Assembly: GCF_006345805.1 (NCBI RefSeq)
Contig: NC_043001.1
Span: forward strand, 42,966,001-43,030,000
From: Octopus sinensis
Taxonomy: Eukaryota
Direction: 5' to 3'
Length of the DNA stretch: 64,000 bases
The notes beneath the pieces are model-generated. The model worked only from the letters and a program-made list of their open reading frames with translations. It made no database searches and was not told the DNA's origin. Shown here piece after piece: positions 1 to 12,014 of the stretch. The stretch's first letter is position 1, and each line of letters begins with the position of its first letter. The position numbers were made by a program, and so were the translations under genes.

Positions 1-342
1 CGTTGTTTTTAATTAAAGCATTGCAAAATTTACAGAGAGTATAAAGAAATAGTTTGCTGAAGATTTTAAAAGTATGATTTAAAGGCTATGCTGTACAATG
101 AACAGAATGATGTCTCTCACTGCAACATCTGTGAGATAAAACAAGCACTACAATACACGTACAAGCAAACAAGAAATCAAAATACTTTACTTTTAGTTTC
201 AGATTAAGCAGATATTACCTCATATATACATTAAATGTTGTTACATCACTGGATAAAATGTGAATACTTGTGGTCGATTGCTGTGGAAAAAGTCTTTGTT
301 TTAACTGAAGTTGAGTTTGATAATAAATAAAAAGTAACTTAC

Positions 343-620
343 TGATTGAAGGTGGAGAGATTCAAAGATCAAACTGCAATAATTGTTACTTTTCTGTTGC
401 AATATTGCAGCAACTTTCCTTTTTTCCCCTATATTATGTGGGAGCCTTTAATGAAAGTTTCAACATAGCTGATATTTATATACATCTGCATCAGCATACG
501 CCTTCAGTATGGATTAGATCTATTATACCCGCCCCCTCTATAAGTCTTGCAGACATGTGGTGATATATTTCATTTTCTCTTCATTTGTCCCCACCTCTTG
601 TGACTACTTGTGCAATGACA
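343..620 (-). promoter_or_regulatory. Paralogous promoter and non-coding exon 1 (452-343); its coding exon would lie left of the window
   Basis: TATATAAATA at 482-473, Inr TCATT with A at 452 (30 nt spacing), donor AATCA|GTAAGT at 342-337. Upstream motif AGTAGTCACAAGAGGTGGGGACAAATGAAGA. Colinear with 29270-29730. Confidence 0.7.
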
Positions 621-1348
621 AATAAGTTAATTTCTTTTGAACAATATCCAGCAGCATTAACAGCAACATTTTCCAAGCTAGCCTTACCACAATGATAGAA
701 ACAGTGCCAATCATACAATTCCCTCCTCTATACCTTCTGTCCCTCCTCTTTCTTTGGATGAAGCATCAATTTGCTCTTCTTTTTCTCCTCCTGCACATTT
801 ATCTGTGATTTTTAATCTTCCTCCATCTTTCTCTCACTTCCCAAACACTTCCCACTTCTTACAATACATTCCTTCCTCATATTACTTCTACTCTATAAAT
901 ATATAGATCATATGATTTTTACATCTTGTTTTTTTTTTCTTGACTCACAACTTGTAATTCTTGCAAAAGTTGCTCAGGGTCATTAAGATAAAAATGCGGG
1001 TTGTATTGTTTTTATGTGGTAACACACAATATGTTTATGTTAGGCACTTATATCCAAGCACCCTAAACTTAAATATTTAATTTTACATGCTTAACCTAAT
1101 ATATGTACTCAAATAATTGTTGATGCACACTTATACATCAATTTATACACCTACATTGCTTATATACACATAGAAACACATGTACATATCCACTAATATC
1201 TAATGAATTTTTATATAGCCACCTATCTGTATAAACATATGCTCCTGTTTTAAAAAAATTACTTAAGAAGCAATAGTAATAAAAATTAGCATACTTTTAT
1301 GTTTAATAGTATCTAATGATTTGATATATGCAATAATCTATCTGATAC

Positions 1349-1571
1349 TGGTTTATAAGTATGTAACTATACAGTCTCCTTATTAGAAACTTGCAAATTT
1401 GAAAAGACACTCTAACAACATTTTTAAATAAAAGAAAAATACTCTTCCTTAAGACTAAAACAGTAATTTAAAATAAGATGCTCCCAATGGATTTATAAAA
1501 TTAAAGATACATTAATTTTCTGAGCATAGAAGCACACATTCATGTTCCCCTTGTACTAAAATGTTTCCCCA
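1349..1571 (+). repeat. 223-bp direct repeat, copy 1
   Basis: Identical by eye to 3965-4187 (offset 2616). Confidence 0.9.
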
Positions 1572-1602
1572 TCCCTAGTTTAAAGTATGGGTAGTGTAAG
1601 TT

Positions 1603-2320
1603 CATCATCATCATCAACATTTAATGTCCGTTTTCCATGCTGGCATGGTTTGGATGGGAAGCCAGGAGGCTGCACCAGGCTTCAATTTGATCTGGCAATG
1701 TTTCTACAGCTGGATGCCCTTCTTAACACCAACCACTCCTAGAGTGTAGTGGGTACTTTTTATGTGCCACCGGCACAGGGGCCAGAGGGGGCTGGCATAG
1801 ACCATATTTGGATGGAGTCAGTTGGGGGATGGTGCTTTTTATGTGCCATCGGCATGGGGAGCCAGACAGGCAGTGCTGGTATCAGCCACAGCTACAACTT
1901 CCATTTAATTGTGGTTTGATTTGATTTTGATGTTGATGATGTACTTGACTCAATAGGTCTCCTCAAGCATGGCATGTCGCCCTACGATCCATAGGTACTT
2001 TTTGAGTGGGCTGGTTATGCGACACTGGTGTAGGCTACAGCTGTGATCTCACTTTATTTGCTGGGTCTTCTCTGTCACAGCATATCTCTAGAGGTTTTGG
2101 TCTTTCATCATTGTCTCTATGAGGCCCAACGTTTGAAGATCACACTTCACCACCTCTTTCCATGTCTTCCTGGATCTCCCTCTACCATATGTTCCTTCCA
2201 CTGTTTGGGAGTGGCACTCCTTCACACAGCTCTCCTCATCTATCCATAGTACGTGACCATACCAGCACAGACATCTCTCTTGCATGCCACATCCAATGCT
2301 TCTTATGTCCAACATTTCTC
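1603..2320 (-). mobile_element. RTE-clade LINE, 3' end
   Basis: Minus ORF ...WYGHVLWIDEESCVKEC...VEGTYGRGRSRKTWKEVVKCDLQTLGL is a typical RTE C-terminus. 3' UTR contains GGCATCCAGCTGTAGAAA and ends in a (GAT)n tail at about 1603-1615. Confidence 0.8.
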
Positions 2321-2480
2321 TCATCTTTGCAGCTGGAGATTTTAATGGGCATGTTGGACAGCAATCCAGTATCTTGACTGGTATACATGGGGGCCATGAT
2401 ATTGGTTCCCAAAACAAAGAGGAAACCAGGTTACTGGAGTTCTGTAATGCATGTAACCTTTTAATCTGCAACACTAAGTT
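2320..2480 (+). mobile_element. RTE AP-endonuclease fragment, inverted relative to the adjacent RTE 3' end
   Basis: AGDFNGHVG...GIHGGHDIGSQNKEETRLLEFCNACNLLICNT endonuclease motif. Confidence 0.75.
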
Positions 2481-3530
2481 GTGATATATATTTGTGTTAT
2501 GATTCTGCATAGTATGTGTTGTGTGGGTTGTGTTATTTTATGAAGTGATAATTGTTTCAAGTTTTTGTTTGAGTTGTGCAGAAATGGTACTGCACAAGTT
2601 ACCTTACTGAACTGAAAATGTTTTGTGTAGGGTGTGGGTTATTGGCTGCACCTGCTTATGTTGATATTCTTTATCACAACTAACTGTTCCAGTTCTTATT
2701 AGTACTGTTTTACTTTCTTACCCTACATTATTTCCACTTCAAGTTCCTTGGACTTTGATTGTGCCTCAACTTCCTTCTAAACAACCTTTTGGTCATGTTT
2801 TTCAGAATGTAGATATTTTCATTGTAATCCTTGATAATTATCCTTGGGCAGTTCACCCTAATCCCCTGGTTAAGTTGAGCCTATATGTTCTAGATAATTG
2901 TAGCCAAATTATTGTTATGTACTGTATTTGGTTTTGTTTTTGTCCACTGGACATTGCTGTTGACACAACTATATCAAGGAATATACTGATTTTCACAAAA
3001 ATTATGTTATCAGATGTCCCACTGACTTATGTTAGCCAATATTTCATTTTCCATAGTTATTTCTGACTAGGTATTGACCCTGTACACCAAACATGTCATT
3101 TTTACTTTTAGTTCAGACCCTTATAGCTGTTGTCAGCTTTTACTCTGATCTACATCATCTTTGTTGGGTCAGTGCAGGGTATTGACCATGAAGAGGTTTT
3201 TCTTCCTACTCTCTCTTTCTGTTGTTTTGTCCTTATCTAAATCTGTCTCCTCCCCAGTGTAGTTGGTTTCTGGTTTGTAATTTTTTTGTTTCCTTATTTA
3301 TAGAGAATTAATTTTTTGTTTCCTTCCTGTTTGTTTATCACATTAATTTGTTTCCATTTGCTTGCGGCTTGATATTTTTCTACCTCAGTTGTTGTTACTT
3401 TGTACTGGCTGTCAATTTGTACCATTCCTTTTGTTCTCTCTCTGTGAAGTAGCTATGTTTTTATCTGCATCAACTTCAGGGTAGTGGCTTCAGAATATTA
3501 TGAGATGATTCTTAGTTTGTTTATCTAAAC

Positions 3531-3859
3531 CAGGGCTCATTAATCTGAGGCCTGCAGGCTGCATGCATCCTACAGACTTTTATCTTGTGGCACGCTTCAT
3601 ACTTTCTTGAAGTGTTGTGTCTAATTTCAAAATAAAATTGTTTGTGTAAAACATTTGTTTCAAAATAAATTTAGAATTTATAAATGGCAATAAAGCAATA
3701 GCCTACAATTTTATAATTTTAAACAAATGAAAAGTATGAAAAATTCTCGATTCTGTAATTTGATTATTTGACTATTAGTGCATAAAGTATACAAGCGGCC
3801 CTCAAAAAACTTCCTGTGATTAAAGTGGCCCACAATGTAATTTGAGTTGGTCAGGCCTG
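3531..3859. mobile_element. hAT (Charlie-like) MITE
   Basis: CAGG...CCTG termini with a perfect 8-bp TSD ATCTAAAC (3523-3530 and 3860-3867). Confidence 0.75.
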
Positions 3860-3964
3860 ATCTAAACTCTTCATTCCATTTAACTTCCAATTTATTATGT
3901 TGAAGCTATCATTTGAACCTGAACTGTGGAGTGTGTTTATACTATCTTATTTCTGGCATTGAAT

Positions 3965-4187
3965 TGGTTTATAAGTATGTAACTATACAGTCTCCTTATT
4001 AGAAACTTGCAAATTTGAAAAGACACTCTAACAACATTTTTAAATAAAAGAAAAATACTCTTCCTTAAGACTAAAACAGTAATTTAAAATAAGATGCTCC
4101 CAATGGATTTATAAAATTAAAGATACATTAATTTTCTGAGCATAGAAGCACACATTCATGTTCCCCTTGTACTAAAATGTTTCCCCA
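3965..4187 (+). repeat. 223-bp direct repeat, copy 2
   Basis: Identical by eye to 1349-1571. Confidence 0.9.
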
Positions 4188-4214
4188 AAATGTTTTTGAT
4201 ATTATTCTGACCTG

Positions 4215-4620
4215 AAGGCAGTGAACTGCCAGAATTGTTAGTGCACCAGGCAAAATGCTTAGTGGTGTTTTTTCTATCTTTACATACTGAGTTCAAATTC
4301 CACCAAGGCTGAGTTTGCCTTTCATACTTTGAGGGTTGATAAAATAAGTACCAGTTGAACACTGATGATGTAATCAGTTCATCCTCTCCCCCAAACTTGC
4401 TGACTGTGTGCCAAAATTTGAAGCCAATATTAGCCTAAGCTAAAGGAGGTAGATTGGAAGAATCATTAGAGCATTGGACAAAATGCCTTGTGATATTTCT
4501 TTTGGCTCTTTGGATTCTTTTAGGGTCTGTAAAACAATGCACCAGTCAAATATTGGGGATTGATATAATTGACTAACTTTCCCTCCTTCAAAAAATTGCT
4601 GGTCTTGTATCCTAATTGGA
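4215..4620 (+). mobile_element. tRNA-derived SINEs (Nin-like body), two degenerate copies
   Basis: GGCAGTGAACTGCCAGAATTGTTAG...CTGAGTTCAAATTCC...GGGTTGATAAAATAAGTACCAG. Same family at ~39005-39210(-), 39505-39720, 42080-42480 and 48790-49000(-). Confidence 0.65.
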
Positions 4621-6009
4621 AACAATATCAGCCTGTCTCTTCTGTAGCACTCATTCCCCCCGTTCTCTTTCATTCTATATGTTTTATCCTATCAGTTTCA
4701 ACTACTCTGAAATATTTGTATGGATGGGATTGTTCTAATTCTCTGATTTCAGTTTCTGGATCTAATTTAATGTTTTCAGTTTCAGTTAATTTACCTCTTC
4801 ATATAGTAACTTTGGCCATTTTTGTTTTTATATTTTGATTGAATTCATTAACAGTTTTTAGTCTCTTGTGGATAGTTTTCTAAATTTATATAAAGGAGAT
4901 GATTTATAGTTTATTTGTAGCATGACTATTGCTAGTTTTATTCATTAGATTTTTTGATGAGTCAAAATGAGGCACGAAACTAGAGGAGATAAAAATGTAC
5001 TCTGAATGAATTTCACTTCATATATGGTTGATTTTCATAACCTTTTCTTTGATCTGTATCAATACTGGTTTCTATTTTCACATGAAATGGTTGATATACT
5101 GTGTAAGTATCGGAACTGCTTTATCTTCATGAACTATCTGTAATAACACAGTACTGTAGTACACTATCAAATGCTTTTCAGGAATCAATTCATTCTATGC
5201 TGAGGTTTTATTTTGCCTATTTTTATTGTTGTCTATAATAGCCTGAATCACTAGCAGTTATTTGTTTTACACCCATACAGCCTTTAACGGTACCTTTTAT
5301 CGTCCTCTGTTATGATGCTATTGTTTTTCAGGTGAACAGCTAGCCTATTGCAGAGCATAAACCTAAAGCTTGTGTATGTTACTAGTAAACAAGTTATAGG
5401 CTTGTAGTTTTGGGGTTCTTCTGTGATTTTGGGAATCATCATCATCATCATCTTTTAATGTCCAGTGTCCATGCTGGTATGAGTTGAATGATTTGACTAG
5501 GGTTGATAAGCTGAGGGGCTGCACCAGACTCCAGTCTGATTTGGCATGGTTTCTACAGCTCAATGCCCTTCCTAATGCTAACCACTCCAAGAGTGTAACG
5601 ATGCTTTTATATGCCACTGGCACAAGATCCAAGGATCAAGGTGTAGGAAGAAAGTGAGCTTCAAGCAGTCTGTGGAAAAGATAAAACAACGACCGTCAGG
5701 AACAATTGTGATTTTCTGGGGTGGAAGGTTGTGAAGTTTTCCCATATCAAAGTGCGATATGCTGAAAAAAATTATTTTATATTTCACAGTTGGCAACCAG
5801 GGTTGCAGGTATGTGAATAAAAATCCAAGAGTTAAAGAATGAAGTAGATAAAATCCGGGTTACATATGTTTCATAGCACACAGAATCTTGGAAGTGGTAA
5901 ATATACAGCTGAGGTGTATACCAGGGGCTACTCTTTAAGCCAAGGGTATTTTATTAAATGAAGTTTATTTTATCATTAGGAGTCCCTTGTTAACACACAG
6001 AGGATTTGA

Positions 6010-6045
6010 ATATATGTATGTATGCATATATATATATATGTACAT

Positions 6046-6084
<39 letters not shown>

Positions 6085-6190
6085 AATATATATCATCATT
6101 TTTTTGATGATATATATATATATGTATATATATATATGTGTGTGTGTGTGTGTACATATATATATATGCATACATACATATACATATATA

Positions 6191-6239
<49 letters not shown>

Positions 6240-6305
6240 TTGTTTATGTATGTATATATAATGTATATATAATGTGTGTATATATATATATATGTATGTA
6301 TATAT

Positions 6306-6341
<36 letters not shown>
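6010..6341. repeat. Compound (TA)n/(CA)n/(TG)n microsatellite
   Basis: Seen directly; it generates the spurious YI/HT/CV ORFs. Similar tracts at ~19600-19855, 23910-24040, 45385-45740 and 62765-62945. Confidence 0.95.
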
Positions 6342-6343
<2 letters not shown>

Positions 6344-6384
6344 TGAGAAAGTTGGTGTGTGAAAGCACATGGTTGAATATATAG

Positions 6385-6838
6385 AAAATAGTAAAAAGTG
6401 AAAAAACTAAAGAAGGCTTGTTTTAAAAGGTTAAAAAATATATATTTGAGTCAATATGTCTGAAGAATGTTATAAATTTTTTTCATACAATGATATAGTT
6501 TTTGAAGAAATGACCAGTTTCACGTTCAGCTTTTCAAATTTCTTACATCGTTATGTTTACGTTGAGAAGAGTTCCAGATAAGGGGAGGTAATAAGTGATT
6601 TCTTCTGGTGTAAGGGAGATAATCGCTTAAAATTTCTTGCCTTTCTTTTGGAGTGAATTTCTCTGTATAAGTATGTTGGAATGGTTAAGTTTGGGCTTGT
6701 ATTTTTCAATGAAGAATGTTTCTTCAAAAACTATGTCATTGTATGAAAAAAATTTATAACATTCTTCAGACATATTGACTCAAATATATATTTTTTAACC
6801 TTTTAAAACAAGCCTTCTGTAGTTTTTTCACGTTTTAC

Positions 6839-6845
<7 letters not shown>
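6385..6845. repeat. Long inverted repeat (~130-bp arms) between (TA)n tracts, possibly Penelope-related
   Basis: 6385-6511 is the near-perfect reverse complement of 6718-6845. Confidence 0.8.
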
Positions 6846-6878
<33 letters not shown>

Positions 6879-6881
6879 CCA

Positions 6882-6913
<32 letters not shown>

Positions 6914-7013
6914 GTTAATCCAAACATGAAAACACAAAGAGAAAACAACAATGCGAGGATGTGGAACAAGTATAGTGGTATTAGATGCTCAGGAAGGGAA
7001 AGAAAGAAGGAGG

Positions 7014-7048
7014 ATTTAACTTTTCGAGCAGAGCTCTTCATCAGAAAC
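7014..7048 (-). ncRNA. Minimal hammerhead ribozyme-like motif in a Penelope-type terminal repeat
   Basis: Minus strand: TTT-CTGATGA-A-GAGC(TCT)GCTC-GAAA-AGT-TA-AA. Confidence 0.5.
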
Positions 7049-7739
7049 ATTGGAAAAGGAAAGATCCAAAGAAAGGAAGATGGAGGAAGAAAAATCACCA
7101 ACGATACACATGTGGATGGAAAGGAGGCAGACACTGTAATGCAAACAGAGAATGTGCAATATTTTTTCACCTACTGAAAAGCAAAAGAACTCCAGAAACA
7201 TGAAATGGGGATGCAATATTACAACTCCATTTTTTTTGTTTGAAAATACTACAACTGGGCCTCAGATCCAGTGAAACAAGCAATTTAAATAAACCCATAG
7301 AAGATATACACCTTAAAATTATAAATATGTTGAAAAGAAACTTCAACAAAAATGAAATTAATCTTTCATTGAAAGATTTCAAATTTACCCCTACTCCTAC
7401 TTCTAACCTCATGAACAGTTTGACTGGAACTTACAAGGTCAGGATCCACACCGGGTTCCATAGTCTGTTTTTGCTTGGTTACTACAGTTGGATGCCCTGC
7501 CTAATGCTTACCACTTTACAGAATGTACTAGGTCCTTTTTACATGGCACCAACACACACACACACACATATCCTGTGAAAGCAGGGTATTGTAATCACTC
7601 GTCTTTGTTTGTCTGTGTTTGCAAAATTACTAGAAAACAGCTGAACAAATTTTCACCACATTTGGCAGAAATACTCATTGGATGAGTGGCTCAAAATGAA
7701 CATTTGGTTTGATTGTTTAAGAAAGGAAAAAAATTTTTT

Positions 7740-8279
7740 TATTCGAACTCACAAATTTCCTGATAAGCAAGTGGTAATATTATTTTGTTCACTTTCTTTT
7801 TTATATGAATCAACCCTCATCTTCATGGTGTACCTATGTGCGTAGACACAAGTAGGTACATACATACACACATACGTACATACATACACAGATATGCAAC
7901 TCTGTGTGTGTATACAGTGATGGATTAGAGTGTTTTGTTTATTTATGAGTTGATTTCTTAATTTCGCCTATAATGATGATACTTAAAAAAAAAAAAAAAA
8001 TTGAACTCACAAATTTCTGAATAAGCAAGTGGTCATATTGTTTTGTTCACTTTCTTTATCATATGATTTGACCCCTGTCTGCTTGTGTATAGATCATAGT
8101 GTACCTGTGCATATAGACATGTGTGGATACATACATACATAAATACATACGTAGATATGCAACTCTGTGTGTGGGTGCATGTGTGTACAGTGATGGATTC
8201 GAGAGTTTCATTTATTTACAAGTTGATTTCTTAATTTCACCAGAGTATAACTACTTATAATGATGATACTTAAAAAAAA
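7740..8279 (+). repeat. Diverged tandem duplication (~260-280-bp units)
   Basis: Both units start GAACTCACAAATTTC..ATAAGCAAGTGGT and end TAATGATGATACTTAAAAAAA (about 7740-8000 and 8000-8279). Confidence 0.8.
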
Positions 8280-8299
8280 CTTAATTCAGTTCAATTAAA

Positions 8300-9430
8300 A
8301 AGCATGGGATAAGATGCTATGATTTGTGAAAAAAATTTATCTGCACACAGGGTATTCATTGCCCCTCTGATGCCTTTTTTTTCATTAAAAACTGAAATAT
8401 TTAGAAAAGCTGAATGTGTTAAAGGAATTAAAGGGATATTTGGAGATGTGATTAGAAACTGTTGAACAATATCATATTTACCAACAATGTTGTAGTTGGT
8501 TGCAGGAATTTCATTCACTAGAAAGACTAATTTTCAAGAAAGATGGTGGACATCTTTGCAGTCTGTAGTTTGCTATGATTGCCACTTAATTCATAATTAA
8601 CCCTACCACAAGAAAATAAGAGACCTCCAACTTTGATTAATCATAAATCTGTTTGGGAAAAAAAAAGGAAGATTCCTAAAGTATAATAGAAATTGTAAAA
8701 TAGATAGTCTTTCATTTAACTTCTATACTGATCCATGTGGAGGTGCACTGGCCAGTGGTTAGGGCAGCAGACTCGCGGTCGTAGGATCGCAGTTTTAATT
8801 CCCAGACCAGGCATTGTGAGTGTTTATTGAGTGAAAACCCCTAAAGCTCCACGAAGCTCTGGCAGGGGGTGGAGACAAACCCTGCTGTACTCATTCACCA
8901 CAACTTTCTCTCACTCTTTCTTCCTGTTTCTCTTGTACCTGTATTTCAAAGGGCCAGCTTTGTCACACTCAGTATCACACTGAATCCCCCCAAGAACTAC
9001 ATATGTCTGTGGAGTGCTCAGCCACTTGCACATTAATTTCACAAGCAGGCTGTTCTGCCGGTCGGATCAACTGGAACCCTCGTCGTCATAACTGATGGAG
9101 TGCCATGTGTATTGATCGGTCAAGAGGTTTGGGAAAAGTGCAGTATAATTCACAAATTTTTCTCAGTTAATTGGAACTTGCTATTGCTAAGTAACTCTGT
9201 CAGATTTGTTCAAGTAGATCTATTAAGTAAAAGAAGCTGATCAAAGAATTGTTCATTAGTGTTCTATCAGTTACCATCCTACTACAGTTTAAAGCTTGGT
9301 GTAGGATGAGTTTCATCAGACAGACTTACTCTTATATAATCTATTAAGACCAAGTATTTATTAGGATCTCACTGAATTTTGGAACTCTCTAATTCACTAT
9401 CACTACCATCATGTACAATAATAAGGTCCT
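8300..9430 (+). repeat. Old segmental-duplication block homologous to 43050-43850
   Basis: Shared strings GTGTTAAAGGAATTA, TGTGATTAGAAA, TAGATCTATTA..AGCTGATCAAAGA and CACYACCATCATG in the same order. Each block lies 3' of a peptide paralog (12014 or 46836). Confidence 0.7.
8738..9105 (+). mobile_element. tRNA-derived SINE
   Basis: A-box-like TGGCCAGTGGTTAGGGCAG and B-box-like GTTTTAATTCCC head. A reverse-strand relative at ~38090-38372 sits inside the 38.9-kb pseudogene. Confidence 0.7.
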
Positions 9431-10259
9431 AAAATGAGTATTTTTTCTTTCAGTACAATGTTATCTTTATAGATTTTTTTCCTTACTTGAGTTGGGGATT
9501 ATGGAGAAAGTAGATGACAGGCAGGAGTATTCAAAATTATTTTTCATAGCTTAATTGTTCTTAAAGAATGCTTGAATTGATTGTGATTCACAAGCCCTGT
9601 ATTTAGTGTCTTTTACAATATGCAGTACCTTGGTTTAGTTGTTTTCACTGGAAAATAGACCTCTCTTTCAATTTATGTATTATTATAGACTTAAGATAAT
9701 GCTTATTTTAGGAATTTGACAAAATGTGGTGAATTTACAGAAACATTGCCACCATTTTAATGTCCGCTTTTCTATGCTCACATGAGTTAGACAGAGGTTG
9801 TTGAGGCAGATTTTCTACAGCTGGATGCCCTTCCTGTCAAAAATCTTCAGTTTTCAAGTAAGGTAATATTTCCACATTGCTAGATATACTTTCATGGAAG
9901 AATGAAAATAAAGGACATGATTTCTATGATAATAATGCTTGTTTGTAAGAGTCATGTGAAATCAAGACAAAAAGATAGTAATGCACACACACACACACAC
10001 ACAATGAGCTTCTTTCAAATTCTGTCTACCAACTTCACTTGCAAGGCTTTGGTTGTTGGTCCAGGCCCATAGTAGAAAAATGCTTATTCAAGATGCCACT
10101 CAGTGGGACTGAATTTGAAACCATGCAGTTGAGAAGCAAACTTCTTAACCACACAGCCATGTCTGCTTCCATTCACTCAGAAACTTGTGAAAAATAAAAC
10201 TAAAAAGATTATATTTTTATCATAAAAATATAATCTATGAAGTGCTGAATTTGCAGAAA

Positions 10260-10895
10260 AGGAGGAGGTAGAAATTCCAATAAGTGTGCTCAGTGTAAAC
10301 TAATGGACACACAAAAGGTGTTGTGGAATCAGAGGCAGACTAATGGGGAAGGTAGATTTTATTGGTGGTAAATTCTCAAGAGTAGTAAGCACTAGGAGCA
10401 CATGTGAAATAAATTCTCTCAAAATATTTTGCTAATTCCCTCAAATCAGAGAAATATTAAAGTTTTGCAACCTAGTTTGTGGTGGAGGTGGGTGCTTTAA
10501 AAGTTAGTAGCCAGAAGAACAGATTAGAGGAAGTTCAGGGTGCTACTGTCTCTACTGGTAACAAACAGTTTCTGTCTCAAGTTAAAGGTAAGACTGTATG
10601 GAGCTTGTTTATAAAATGTCATGCCGCATGGTAGTGGGCAAGGCAGAAGACTGCATATGGTGTGTATGGAAGATAACAGTTACATGAAGAAGTGTGGAAT
10701 GCTTAAAGTGGATGGAACCTGTAGAAGAGGGAGTCCCAGGAAGACTTGGGATGATGGAGTGAAGACTGATTTCAGTATACTGAGCATCTTGGAGGAGGTA
10801 TTAAAAATAGGTATGATGATTGGCAACATTTACTGCTAGAGAAGATCTATCCAACCATACAAGCATAGTGAAATGAATGTTGAAATAGTGATGGT
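10260..10895 (+). mobile_element. Degraded RTE LINE 3' fragment
   Basis: ...MKKCGMLKVDGTCRRGSPRKTWDDGVKTDF is homologous to the RTE at 2088-2320. Confidence 0.65.
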
Positions 10896-11282
10896 ACCGA
10901 AGGTTGGGAGGTTTAATATATCTATATTTCGGGTCTCTCACCCAATATATCCTCATTGAGTCTGTATCTGCTGCCTGCTCTACTTACCTATCTATCATAC
11001 CTCTTACCTCTCTATCATTCATCTCAACCACTCATTTCTCTCCCTCTCATCTCTTTCTCACTCATCCCTCTAGCATCCCTTCCACTGTCACTCATCTTGG
11101 TCTTTCATTTCATGTCAGTCATTTTGCTGTCTATCATCTCTCTGTTTTTTATTCATCTATCGCTCGTCTCTATCCTAATTCTTTTTTCTATTCACTGTAC
11201 TGAATAATGACGAATCTCTCTTTTTCACAGCACTATACTATCCATTAAGTGCATGCACACTCACACACACACACTCCACTCC

Positions 11283-11322
<40 letters not shown>

Positions 11323-11729
11323 CATACAGGGATTTTTATTTTGGATAGAAATCTAAATTGTTACTTTCCGTATTTAGTCTACTTATACTACCATTGTTGT
11401 GATCTTATTCTTAAGTATCAACAAGAAAACCAATAAAGTGGTGCTTTTGCCTGAAAATATCCTTAGTATTTATACCACCAAAGTTGCACAGTGCTCCCTT
11501 GACACTCTCACTATCGTAAATGTAATGAACTAGCGATTGTCTTATTGGATGCTATTCGGCACAAAATGTGATAAATAAACAAGTTCCTGATTTACAACCA
11601 TCATATTAGTCAGGCACAGTTTTATAGAGCTGTTGTAAAATTATTTTTATGTAGAAATGGGAAATGCAACAATTATGTGTCATTGTAAGAATCAATAGAA
11701 ATACAGAGTTATCCAATGTTGGCAGTTAC

Positions 11730-12014
11730 TTAATAGTTCTAATTTCTCCCATATACCTCATCGAAGGTTATACCTGGAGTCCAATGAAAAATTTAGTTTT
11801 GAGTTTTAAGGAATAAGATGTTCATTTGACATTGATATCTACTTGATGGTACCACAAATGTATTATCTCATGATGCTACTTTAGCGCTGGCAATCAATAA
11901 TGCTAAATTCTTGTCAATATTTTCATGGTTCCCTTTCCAAGTTCCTCCAGCCAGTATTATTCCAATACAACAGAATGTAAAAATTATTAACTACCTGCTG
12001 AAATAAGGCTTCAT
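11730..12014 (-). pseudogene. Disabled paralog of the secreted peptide gene
   Basis: Translates MKPYFSR*LIIFTFCCIGIILAGGTWKGNHENIDKNLALLIASAKVAS*DNTFVVPSSRYQCQMNILFLKTQN*IFHWTPGITFDEVYGRN*NY*. CAG acceptor at 12030-12028. 3' UTR (11730-11620) is very similar to that of the 46.8-kb copy. Confidence 0.75.

Noticed and set aside
2500-3480. Possible degraded RLE-type LINE on the minus strand
   Set aside because: Only faint resemblance (LEVEI...KKVKTV); too degenerate to call.
5965-6370. Multiple YI/HT/CV-rich ORFs (also ~19280-20080, 23840-24110, 45340-45870, 62660-63070)
   Set aside because: Dinucleotide microsatellites lacking stop codons.
8291-8518. 75-aa ORF in the duplicated block as a possible conserved exon
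   Set aside because: The homologous region at ~43140-43260 has frame-breaking indels and stops.
8738-8815. tRNA-like A/B box sequences here and at other SINE heads
   Set aside because: They continue into SINE bodies and lack a complete cloverleaf; not tRNA genes.
11777-11788. FIGL tachykinin-like motif in an alternative frame of the 12014 pseudogene (TKFFIGLQV)
   Set aside because: It lacks the required M-G-K/R, is absent from the other paralogs, and the signal peptide does not resemble the Oct-TK precursor as I recall it; likely chance.
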